Below are positions 8,726 to 15,785 of a DNA stretch of 64,000 bases, in pieces. The notes beneath the pieces are model-generated. The model saw only the letters and a program-made list of their open reading frames with translations, ran no database searches and was not told where the DNA came from. Position numbers and translations under genes: made by a program. The stretch is from a virus: the IMG/VR virus record IMGVR_UViG_3300045988_134583, positions 1-64,000 of that record. The stretch is one strand, 5' to 3'. Position 1 is the first letter of the stretch. Each line of letters begins with the position of its first letter.

Positions 8726-9640
8726 ATGCCCAGCAACACACAATTTTCAAAGCCTTTATTCATAAATGGAAATTTCAACCGTTCCGGAAGCCGTTCGCAT
8801 TTCGCCTTTGTTTCCCTGCTGCCCGCGTCTCCTTACGATCTGCGGATCTGGTGCAGAGCCGGAGCGCCGGACAACAGTTATCCCCAGGGCGAAAACGATA
8901 CACATTTTTTATATGTCGATATTGACGGCTGGATGATTCCCATCGGCTTGACGGCTGCAAGGCTGGAAGCCCAGGCCGGGCGGCATTTCCTTACCGTGGA
9001 GCAATTCGGCGGGGACGTCGGCGCATTTTGGAAGGCGTGGACAAACTGCAAAACGCCGGAAGAACGGGAAGCGTTTAATGCTAAATATGATCCGTTGGAA
9101 AAGGAATACGGGCAGGATCCTGCGCGACAGGGAGCCTATATCTCCGCCATGCTGGACGATAGAAAAAAGTTATGGCAGGAGTCGAAAGAAAATCCGCAAA
9201 AATGGCCGGATTGCATCGGCGCGGCAATATGCGGAGAGCTGGACAAATGGCAGGAGTTAGCGGCGGCCTACAAGGCGCGAAAGGCAGCCCAGGAACGGGC
9301 AAAAGCGGAGGAAAGAGCCGCCCAGGAAGCAGCAGAGCAGAAGGAGCAGGAAGCACGGGAAAAGGCCGAAATAGACGCATATATGGCTCTCCTGCGCAAG
9401 GCCGGGAGAGTAGCCGACGGCAAAATGGCGGTAAAAGTAGCCGATGCTCTGGGAGTTAAAATACCCTTGCGCACACGGGGCTTTATGCTGGAAAAGCTGG
9501 CGGCGTTTTATGTGGAGCAAGACGGCCATGTGGAACGGATGGAATACTATCGCATGGGAGGCAGAAAATACACCGGGGTGGGCGTTTATAATACCATTAC
9601 GGATATTTGTATGGCCGCACGGGAAAAAGTGTGTGCATAA
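8726..9640 (+). CDS. hypothetical protein with central charged coiled-coil (304 aa)
   Basis: AAAGGAG RBS. ARKAAQERAKAEERAAQEAAEQKEQEAREKAE segment. Confidence 0.55.
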   Translation: MPSNTQFSKPLFINGNFNRSGSRSHFAFVSLLPASPYDLRIWCRAGAPDNSYPQGENDTHFLYVDIDGWMIPIGLTAARLEAQAGRHFLTVEQFGGDVGAFWKAWTNCKTPEEREAFNAKYDPLEKEYGQDPARQGAYISAMLDDRKKLWQESKENPQKWPDCIGAAICGELDKWQELAAAYKARKAAQERAKAEERAAQEAAEQKEQEAREKAEIDAYMALLRKAGRVADGKMAVKVADALGVKIPLRTRGFMLEKLAAFYVEQDGHVERMEYYRMGGRKYTGVGVYNTITDICMAAREKVCA

Positions 9641-9737
9641 CACGCAGGAGCATGTTATACTATGGGCAGAGTTTTGGAGACCTTTCCCATAGAAAACCAA
9701 TCAGCAGCAGCCCGGAAGGGGCAGAAAGGTAAAACTA

Positions 9738-10178
9738 ATGTATAAGATTGTTGTTATTAACCAGATGTGCGGCAGCAAGGAAAAGGGCAAGGAATATACT
9801 ATCGATCTGGAACGAAAATTTGAAGGCTATCAGGAAGGAGATCTAATCTGCTACATTGCCCCTTTTTACGGCATCCCGCTAACGCTTAATATCGCCATCC
9901 GTAAGACTGGGGAGCTAATTTTCCGCTCGTGGAGCTGGAACGGTGGAGGGAATACATACCTGCACACCGAAGAAGTAGCCGCTGGCCGTGAAAAATCCCC
10001 ATTCCAGCGCGGTTTTGTGCCGACACAAGCACAGATCGATACCGTAAGCGGATTGTTTTCCGGTCGTATCACGTTTGACGGTTTGGAGCTTCCCCCGGGA
10101 AAATCATTGCAGGAAATATGTCATGTTGACGTAAGACGTGAGGAGGAGCTTGTCGGGCATAAAATATACCTGGCGTGA
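9738..10178 (+). CDS. hypothetical protein (146 aa)
   Basis: Clean ORF, no motif recognised. Confidence 0.5.
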   Translation: MYKIVVINQMCGSKEKGKEYTIDLERKFEGYQEGDLICYIAPFYGIPLTLNIAIRKTGELIFRSWSWNGGGNTYLHTEEVAAGREKSPFQRGFVPTQAQIDTVSGLFSGRITFDGLELPPGKSLQEICHVDVRREEELVGHKIYLA

Positions 10179-10215
10179 TATCGGACAAACATTCTATGCA
10201 TATATATTCAATATT

Positions 10216-10226
10216 ATGCGCAGAGT
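10216..10226 (+). repeat. TATGCGCAGAG motif copy B
   Basis: Exact 11-mer, 39 nt upstream of the 10265 start. Confidence 0.9.
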
Positions 10227-10264
10227 TATGCAATCGTTAAAGACTAAAAAGGAGGAAGAAACAA

Positions 10265-10783
10265 ATGGAAATGTTTGAAGTCGGCAAGCCTGCCCCATGG
10301 CTCAACCTGTCCAAGGAGGGCGCATATTTTGATCTGGACGGATCCGGTTTTTTGCTGGTGTACAACTACAACTCCCCCACTCCCGGCGAGACCGCAGCGT
10401 TTCAGGCTGGCACGGCCTGTGAGTTCCGGTTTGTCCGTGTGGGCGGTGTGCTGTTCCTGCTTTCCAAGCTGGGGTCGCTACCGTGGAATGATTCCCCATT
10501 TGCTTTGCAGCTGGCCCGTACTCCTTCCCTGCCGGAGGTTCCGGAGGAAAAAGGCTATGCGGTGACTATGGTACTGCTGGACAACAAAACAAAGCTCGTG
10601 CGCGGCTTACGTCTGGTGGGGATGGGTACTCAGTTTTCGCAAAAATTAAGGGCAGAGATTTTGGAAGATGTAGGCAAGCCCATGCTGCGGGAAGAATACT
10701 TTGCGAGGGTAGCGGCGGTGCAGTCTATGTACACCACCAGCGCCCTTGTGTCCTTTGCGTCTGACCGGTATAAAATAAACTAA
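10265..10783 (+). CDS. hypothetical protein (172 aa)
   Basis: AAAAGGAGGAAG RBS. No motif recognised. Confidence 0.55.
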   Translation: MEMFEVGKPAPWLNLSKEGAYFDLDGSGFLLVYNYNSPTPGETAAFQAGTACEFRFVRVGGVLFLLSKLGSLPWNDSPFALQLARTPSLPEVPEEKGYAVTMVLLDNKTKLVRGLRLVGMGTQFSQKLRAEILEDVGKPMLREEYFARVAAVQSMYTTSALVSFASDRYKIN

Positions 10784-10794
10784 GCGCAGAGACG

Positions 10795-10829
10795 AAAAAA
10801 GAAAAGGCGGAGCCGTTAAGCTCCGCTTT
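10795..10829. terminator. bidirectional intrinsic terminator
   Basis: GCGGAGC-CGTTAA-GCTCCGC hairpin (10807-10826). Long T-run on the minus-strand side (CTTTTCTTTTTTCG), short TTT on the plus side. Confidence 0.6.
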
Positions 10830-10850
10830 GTGGCCTACCCACTAATGATA

Positions 10851-10954
10851 TTTTCAATCCACACCCATTTCTGGGTGACAAGTGCCGTTTCCGTCGTTTT
10901 GATTGTTATATCATAAACACCAAATTTCAATCCAACACCCCATTTCCAGGGGAC
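10851..10954 (-). CRISPR. type I-C-like repeat-spacer-repeat unit (mini-array or solitary repeat units); no cas genes in the window
   Basis: The minus strand reads GTCCCCTGGAAATGGGGTGTTGGATTGAAAT (10954-10924), a 44-nt spacer, then GTCACCCAGAAATGGGTGTGGATTGAAAA (10879-10851). Each repeat is GTC + GC stem-loop + TGGATTGAAA(T/A), as in I-C repeats. Confidence 0.5.
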
Positions 10955-10960
10955 ACATAG

Positions 10961-10989
10961 AGAATAACATACGTCTCTGCCTATGTCAA
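10961..10989 (-). promoter_or_regulatory. promoter driving the repeat unit
   Basis: Minus strand: TTGACA, 17-nt spacer, TATTCT. The first repeat starts about 6 nt downstream. Confidence 0.5.
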
Positions 10990-11085
10990 GCGCTAATTAT
11001 GGACAGAACCATTCCCCCGAATCAGGGTAGTGGTTTCTTCCTCTTGTTCCATACGAATTGATATTGATGATTACTGTCTTGCTTT

Positions 11086-11096
11086 TATGCGCAGAG
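11086..11096 (+). repeat. TATGCGCAGAG motif copy C
   Basis: Exact 11-mer just beyond the 3' end of the Bro-N gene 11117..11752. Confidence 0.9.
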
Positions 11097-11116
11097 CTTT
11101 GAAAACGCCGGAAGTT

Positions 11117-11752
11117 TTATTTCTTATCCCCGTACTGCCCGTAGATCGCAGCACTGACGGAAAACTCTATGCCGTACCGATCTTTCAGGTCGAACAGTTT
11201 CACCGTCTCGTTAAATATTTTATCGTATTCCGGAAGCCGCTCCGCAGGTATCTCATCCTTCGGTACGGCCTTTTCTTTGTGCAGACGCATCCCCATGGCC
11301 TTCCCTGCTACTTTGGCCGCCGCGCAGTAATGTTTCCTGTCGCCCAATCCAGCCTCGTAAAGGTATCTATTTCCCTTCTTCTGGTTCTCCCTTGACAACA
11401 TACGCAGAGCATCCGCTGCGCCCAATCCAGCGGCATTTCTAAGGGCCGGTAGGACTTCGTGGGTAATCCAGCGCTTGAAGGACTTGGCTTCGGGTTTACG
11501 GGAACCCAGGATCAGGGTATATAGGCCGGGTTCATTAACCACCGCCACGTTGGGATTGCCTCGTTGATTACCCTCATTTGAAATGAGGGTAATTATCTTC
11601 TCGTCCTCGTCCAGTCGCGAAATAGCTTGAGACGGATTCCTGATATCAAGAGCATTGCATACGTCAGCCGCTGCAAACCACGGTTCTCCATCGATCATGA
11701 CTGTTCTTACTTTTCCAAATTCAGGATGCTCAAAGATTTTGTTCGCTTGCAT
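11117..11752 (-). CDS. Bro-N domain protein (antirepressor-like)
   Basis: FEHPEFGKVRTVMIDGEPWFAAADVCNALDI ... EPGLYTLILGSRKPEAKSFKRWITHEVLPALR is the Bro-N signature. Confidence 0.8.
   Translation of the reverse strand: MQANKIFEHPEFGKVRTVMIDGEPWFAAADVCNALDIRNPSQAISRLDEDEKIITLISNEGNQRGNPNVAVVNEPGLYTLILGSRKPEAKSFKRWITHEVLPALRNAAGLGAADALRMLSRENQKKGNRYLYEAGLGDRKHYCAAAKVAGKAMGMRLHKEKAVPKDEIPAERLPEYDKIFNETVKLFDLKDRYGIEFSVSAAIYGQYGDKK
11568..11592. repeat. perfect 25-bp palindrome inside a Bro-N gene
   Basis: TTACCCTCATTT-G-AAATGAGGGTAA. Encodes TLISNEGN. Confidence 0.85.
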
Positions 11753-11769
11753 TGATTTTTCCTTTCTAT

Positions 11770-11780
11770 TATGCGCAGAG
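11770..11780 (+). repeat. TATGCGCAGAG motif copy D
   Basis: Exact 11-mer, 18 nt beyond the start codon of 11117..11752. Confidence 0.9.
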
Positions 11781-11961
11781 TTCTAAATGCGTTGATTGCG
11801 ACGCGCTTTCCGCAGACGGAGTACATTTGCGTACCCCATTGCTTGGCCGAATAGGTATACGGTGTTTTGCCGTACACCGGGTTTCGTTTGAATGACCATC
11901 GGTTAAATCGACGGTCATTTATTGTCAGCGCCTACGATACGGCATCCTCCCGTACCCGCCC

Positions 11962-12840
11962 TCACCCTTCCCTATCTTCTTCGCTTCCCCACTTCCTGTA
12001 CACGGTATCGCTGACGGAGATATCCAGCCCGAAACGCTCTTTGAATGACATAATCTCCACTACATCGTCCAGTATGGGCTGACGGTCTTTGAGCATGTCC
12101 GGGGACATGTCGCCCTTGTGCAACATTGTCGGAAGTCCTGCACGGTTGGAAACTGCCTTATCCGCTATGGTATTGGCCTTAATGTAGTCCTGCCTTGTTA
12201 GTTCTCTTGTTCCCTGGATCTCGTCACGCATCTTACGCATGGCTTCCTTCTGTTGCTCCTTGTCCATCATGCGGAAAACCTCAAAGCCTTCAAAGCCGCT
12301 CTTTTGTCGCAGGGTACGGAGCATGTTGTACACCCAGCGTCGGAACACCTTTGCTTCCTTCTTGCGGCTCATGAAGATAGCATCGTATACGGCAAGCTCG
12401 TTGGCGATCAAAAGCTCCTGCTGACCGCCGGAAGTAGGAATTAGCGCAGTAGACAATTCCGGGGCTTTATCCTCGCTCCCCTCGTTTGAAACGAGGGAAG
12501 ATATACATTTTCTATCGTATTTATACAGAGGAGTTTTTCTATCGCCGTCTGTACTTTTTGCAAGGGTATCGTTTGAAACGATACCCTTTATGCACTTCTT
12601 GTTATTTTTATTCTCATCATTTTTTACCAGTTCGCCAAGCTTTTCCGAAAGGGTATTGTTTGAAACAATACCCTTTATGCATCCATATTCATCTGAAAGC
12701 CTATGTGCAACATTGTAAGCTTGCAACCCCAGTGCGTCGCATATGTCCTTCAACACGCCCCACCATTCTCCGTCCTTCCACACAAACCGAATGTTATGAC
12801 CTGCCCAGTTTTCAACCTTAATTTCTGCCTTTGCCCTCAT
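11962..12840 (-). CDS. Bro-N domain protein split by three 29-aa tandem repeats (292 aa)
   Basis: Start at MRAKAEIK after GGAGG. Bro-N halves (NIRFVWKDGEWWGVLKDICDALGL ... ELAVYDAIFMSRKKEAKVFRRWVYNML) are separated by three CI(K/S)(G/S)(I/L)VSN... repeats. Confidence 0.7.
   Translation of the reverse strand: MRAKAEIKVENWAGHNIRFVWKDGEWWGVLKDICDALGLQAYNVAHRLSDEYGCIKGIVSNNTLSEKLGELVKNDENKNNKKCIKGIVSNDTLAKSTDGDRKTPLYKYDRKCISSLVSNEGSEDKAPELSTALIPTSGGQQELLIANELAVYDAIFMSRKKEAKVFRRWVYNMLRTLRQKSGFEGFEVFRMMDKEQQKEAMRKMRDEIQGTRELTRQDYIKANTIADKAVSNRAGLPTMLHKGDMSPDMLKDRQPILDDVVEIMSFKERFGLDISVSDTVYRKWGSEEDREG
12479..12676. repeat. three 87-bp in-frame tandem repeats, each centred on a perfect palindrome
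   Basis: Palindromes at 12479-12497 (CCCTCGTTTGAAACGAGGG), 12562-12588 (AAGGGTATCGTTTGAAACGATACCCTT) and 12648-12676 (AAAGGGTATTGTTTGAAACAATACCCTTT). Their centres are 87 nt apart. Confidence 0.85.
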
Positions 12841-13087
12841 GTGAGACCTCCATGTGTATCGATTGGATGTGATGCCCGAAAGCATAACAATCATTAGAAC
12901 AAAAAAGCCGGGATTTGGAAACTGAAACGCCCTGGTTCACAATTTTTCTACCTTTACAGCGAACACATTTTCGGTTATGCCGTTAATAGCGGGATGTACA
13001 TAGTACGAAATCGTACTAAAGAGCAGCCTTACGCATCGAAAACTGCAAAAATTAGTATAAGAGAGGGATAAAACCTCTCTTTTTCTA

Positions 13088-13116
13088 TTTACGTCCTGAA
13101 TTATATATGTTATAAT
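13088..13116 (+). promoter_or_regulatory. sigma70-type promoter of the membrane/lipoprotein cassette
   Basis: TTTACG, 17-nt spacer, TGtTATAAT (extended -10), 22 nt upstream of the GTG start. Confidence 0.55.
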
Positions 13117-13138
13117 CTGTTGAAAAGGAGGTGATTTC

Positions 13139-14050
13139 GTGTTAATTAAATGTCCCGAATGTGGGAAAGAGTTTTCAGACAAAGCCCCTGCGTGTCCCGG
13201 ATGTGGATGCCCGGTAGAAGAAGCGAAGAAAATTATTGAGGAAGCAGAGAAAGCCACGGATCCTGCCGAATCATCGGTTGAAGCGCAAACAGAGTCACAA
13301 CCCAAGGCAGAAGTGAAATCCCAGACGGAAATGCAGGAAGAGCAACACCCCGAACCCGCATCAGATTCGGAGGAACAGGAAAAGAAGGAACTTATAGCAC
13401 AGGCGGCCAGTATATTGAACGCACAAGCTAACAAATTGCTGAACGATCAGTGCCCGGAAGCCACGCGGAATGAAGATTCTACATCGAATAAGGAGGACGC
13501 TCCGAACACCGGAAGAAAGAACAAAGGGAAGGCTCCCGCAGGCCTTATGGTCGCTATCTTTTTCGTTCTCCTGTTTATTTTTGCACAGGTATTGAAGACT
13601 AATCAGGAAAAAGAAGCAGAAAAGCGCTCCCGGGCTACCGCAACTCCGTACCATTCATATACCTCAAGTTATTCTGGTTCCTACGGTTCGTCCAGTTCTT
13701 CCAGTTCTTCTTCCAGCGGTTTTAAGTCCGATGCAGAGAATATCGGGAAAACTTACTCAACCCTTATTGGAAACGGAACATCCTACATGGTAATTGACGA
13801 CGCGCTATGGATCATATCCTCTCTTGATCTTACCAGCTCTCAGTACAAGGCTTTAAGGTCTACAACCGACGGCAAAAAAATGATCGATGATTTGATAGAT
13901 GGAGCGAAAGAAATTTGTAATACCGTAATGGAGACATACGAGGAATTAGGCTACACCAATAAACATATAAATTTTGAGGTTGGTTCCACAAGCGGAAGTA
14001 CACTGCTATTGGTGGTTGACGGCAAGGTTAAGGTTGATGCTTCAAAATAA
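13139..14050 (+). CDS. zinc-ribbon membrane protein (303 aa, GTG start)
   Basis: AAAGGAGGTG RBS. N-terminal CPECG...CPGCGC zinc ribbon, acidic linker, one TM (LMVAIFFVLLFIFAQVL), poly-Ser tract, C-terminal domain. Confidence 0.65.
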   Translation: MLIKCPECGKEFSDKAPACPGCGCPVEEAKKIIEEAEKATDPAESSVEAQTESQPKAEVKSQTEMQEEQHPEPASDSEEQEKKELIAQAASILNAQANKLLNDQCPEATRNEDSTSNKEDAPNTGRKNKGKAPAGLMVAIFFVLLFIFAQVLKTNQEKEAEKRSRATATPYHSYTSSYSGSYGSSSSSSSSSSGFKSDAENIGKTYSTLIGNGTSYMVIDDALWIISSLDLTSSQYKALRSTTDGKKMIDDLIDGAKEICNTVMETYEELGYTNKHINFEVGSTSGSTLLLVVDGKVKVDASK

Positions 14051-14065
14051 AAGGAGAATAAAGTA

Positions 14066-14593
14066 ATGAAGAGATTGTTTATATCGTTTCTTGCTATCTT
14101 GTTGGTTTTATCTTTTGTTGGATGCGCCAGCGGCACGTCTCTGTTTGCGTCTGTTTCCCCAACCCCAACGGAAGAACCAACTCCGTCCCCTTCCCCCACT
14201 CCTGAACCTACGCCAACACTAAGCCCGGAAGAGCAACAGAAAAAAGAAAACGCAAAGAACTTAATAATTCTTATGTTCTCCGCAAAGCTTGGGAAATACT
14301 ACGAAGGATACACGTTTCATGAAGATACGAACACTTTGGAATTGAAAGTAGAAATCCCTGGTGCCAGAGAGGAATGCTACAATTCCGATAAAAGCAAATG
14401 GGAAGAACTATGCGATATACAAATGGAAATGACCAAAACTTTTTCTTTGGACGAAATGAAGTTTGATGTAATGATATCCATCCTGAACGACGATCCACAA
14501 GCCGGAGATCCTGCGATACTGTACTCCACCGTCAACGGATACACCACCTATGACGCAGGTGGCCTTAATAAAAACATGATGCCAGAAAAATAG
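14066..14593 (+). CDS. lipoprotein (175 aa)
   Basis: Signal peptide with lipobox LSFVGC, then a Pro/Thr/Glu-rich linker. Confidence 0.7.
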   Translation: MKRLFISFLAILLVLSFVGCASGTSLFASVSPTPTEEPTPSPSPTPEPTPTLSPEEQQKKENAKNLIILMFSAKLGKYYEGYTFHEDTNTLELKVEIPGAREECYNSDKSKWEELCDIQMEMTKTFSLDEMKFDVMISILNDDPQAGDPAILYSTVNGYTTYDAGGLNKNMMPEK

Positions 14594-14606
14594 TGTCTAT
14601 AAAAAG

Positions 14607-14627
14607 AGAGGGCTTCGGCCCTCTTTT
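14607..14627 (+). terminator. intrinsic terminator
   Basis: AGAGGGC-TTCG-GCCCTCT followed by TTT. Confidence 0.7.
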
Positions 14628-14706
14628 ACATTTTGTTCATAAATTTGCCATTTACTTTTGACAACCATAAGTGCTATACTTTTGCTTAGCAAAAGGAGGT
14701 GATTAT

Positions 14707-14880
14707 GTGTCGGCAAAGATGGGTCGGCCAACGGAATATCCTAAACCATACCAAATCGGAATTAGAATAGGGCCAGACGAAAAGGCTATACTGGATGCTT
14801 ATTGTGAACAAGAAGGAGTTAGCCAGGCCAAAGCGGTAAGGATTGGAATCGGAAAACTGAAAGCCGACATAAAAAAATAA
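14707..14880 (+). CDS. ribbon-helix-helix (CopG/MobC-like) protein (57 aa, GTG start)
   Basis: AAAGGAGG RBS. GRPTEYPKPYQIGIRIGPDEKAILDAY... fits GRP + beta-strand + two helices. Confidence 0.5.
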   Translation: MSAKMGRPTEYPKPYQIGIRIGPDEKAILDAYCEQEGVSQAKAVRIGIGKLKADIKK

Positions 14881-15201
14881 GGCAACGCTTTTACTTTGAG
14901 CGGTGGAGCGAAGCCTTATCGTACCGACCCTTTCGGGAGGTGTAAATATTGTACTACACAATTCCGAAAAGGTCAAACATGAATTTGATTTTGGAGGAAT
15001 GAACACAAATGTATTTTCCCCCAAATGGGGGAAAACTAAAAAAACGCCTACATTGCTTGAAAAATTGTGTATCTAATTTCATCCTGAAAGATTAAATCTA
15101 AAAAATGCGCACGAGTTAACATTCAATTCATATTTTCGTTCTTGACTTATCGTCAGGACATGATGTATTATATTTGTGTGGACAGAAAGTGAGGTGAATC
15201 A

Positions 15202-15369
15202 ATGTCTCCAAAGACGGGTAGGCCGAAGATAGATAATCCAAAGACATCGAGGTTGGAAATCCGCGTTACACCAGACGAAAAGGCTGAAATACAAAGCTTT
15301 TCAAGAAAAAGCGGGTACTCTCTCCTTTCTCTCTTAAAAATTGGAATCGATTCGGTTAAACAAAAATAA
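15202..15369 (+). CDS. ribbon-helix-helix (CopG/MobC-like) protein (55 aa), paralog of 14707..14880
   Basis: MSPKTGRPKIDNPKTSRLEIRVTPDEKAEIQSF... GAGGTG RBS. TTGACT, 18-nt spacer, TATTAT promoter-like elements at 15142-15171. Below the track cutoff. Confidence 0.5.
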   Translation: MSPKTGRPKIDNPKTSRLEIRVTPDEKAEIQSFSRKSGYSLLSLLKIGIDSVKQK

Positions 15370-15494
15370 CGAGCTGTACTTTGGTAGAGACCAGCTCGTT
15401 ATCCACCCAAAACAAGTCTCGTAAAAACTGAAAGGGCACATATATTTTACACTGCCCTTTCAAGAATTGCAAGTGAAAAAAGAAAGGGATCAGT

Positions 15495-15785
15495 ATGAAT
15501 CTTATCGAAACACAGGAAAGAACCTTCAAAGAGTTTAAGGACGCAGTTTCTCAGGCCAACGAAAAAGTTGATAAAATCTACAGCAAGGGCGTTGACACCA
15601 TTGATCTGGTGCTGAACATCGAAACCGCATTGCGTTTCCTTGCAACGGACAAACTAAGGGACATGGACGAAGATGTATTCCGCATGGTCAGTCTGGTTCT
15701 GACAGGGGCAATGCGCATCGAGGAAGAACTACAGGGAATTGTAGATGCGGTCTATGACGTGGGAAGGAGCCTGACCAATGAGTAG
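15495..15785 (+). CDS. hypothetical protein (96 aa)
   Basis: AAAGGGA RBS. 8-nt overlap with the downstream antirepressor gene. Confidence 0.5.
   Translation: MNLIETQERTFKEFKDAVSQANEKVDKIYSKGVDTIDLVLNIETALRFLATDKLRDMDEDVFRMVSLVLTGAMRIEEELQGIVDAVYDVGRSLTNE

Noticed and set aside
10851-10954. A complete CRISPR-Cas locus
   Set aside because: Only two degenerate repeats and one spacer are present, and no cas gene is recognisable anywhere in the 64 kb. It is reported only as a mini-array or solitary-repeat candidate.
12937-13434. 165-aa minus-strand ORF
   Set aside because: It is Ser/Cys/Ala-rich and antisense to the zinc-ribbon gene and its promoter. It would read through the terminator-like hairpin at about 13060-13085.
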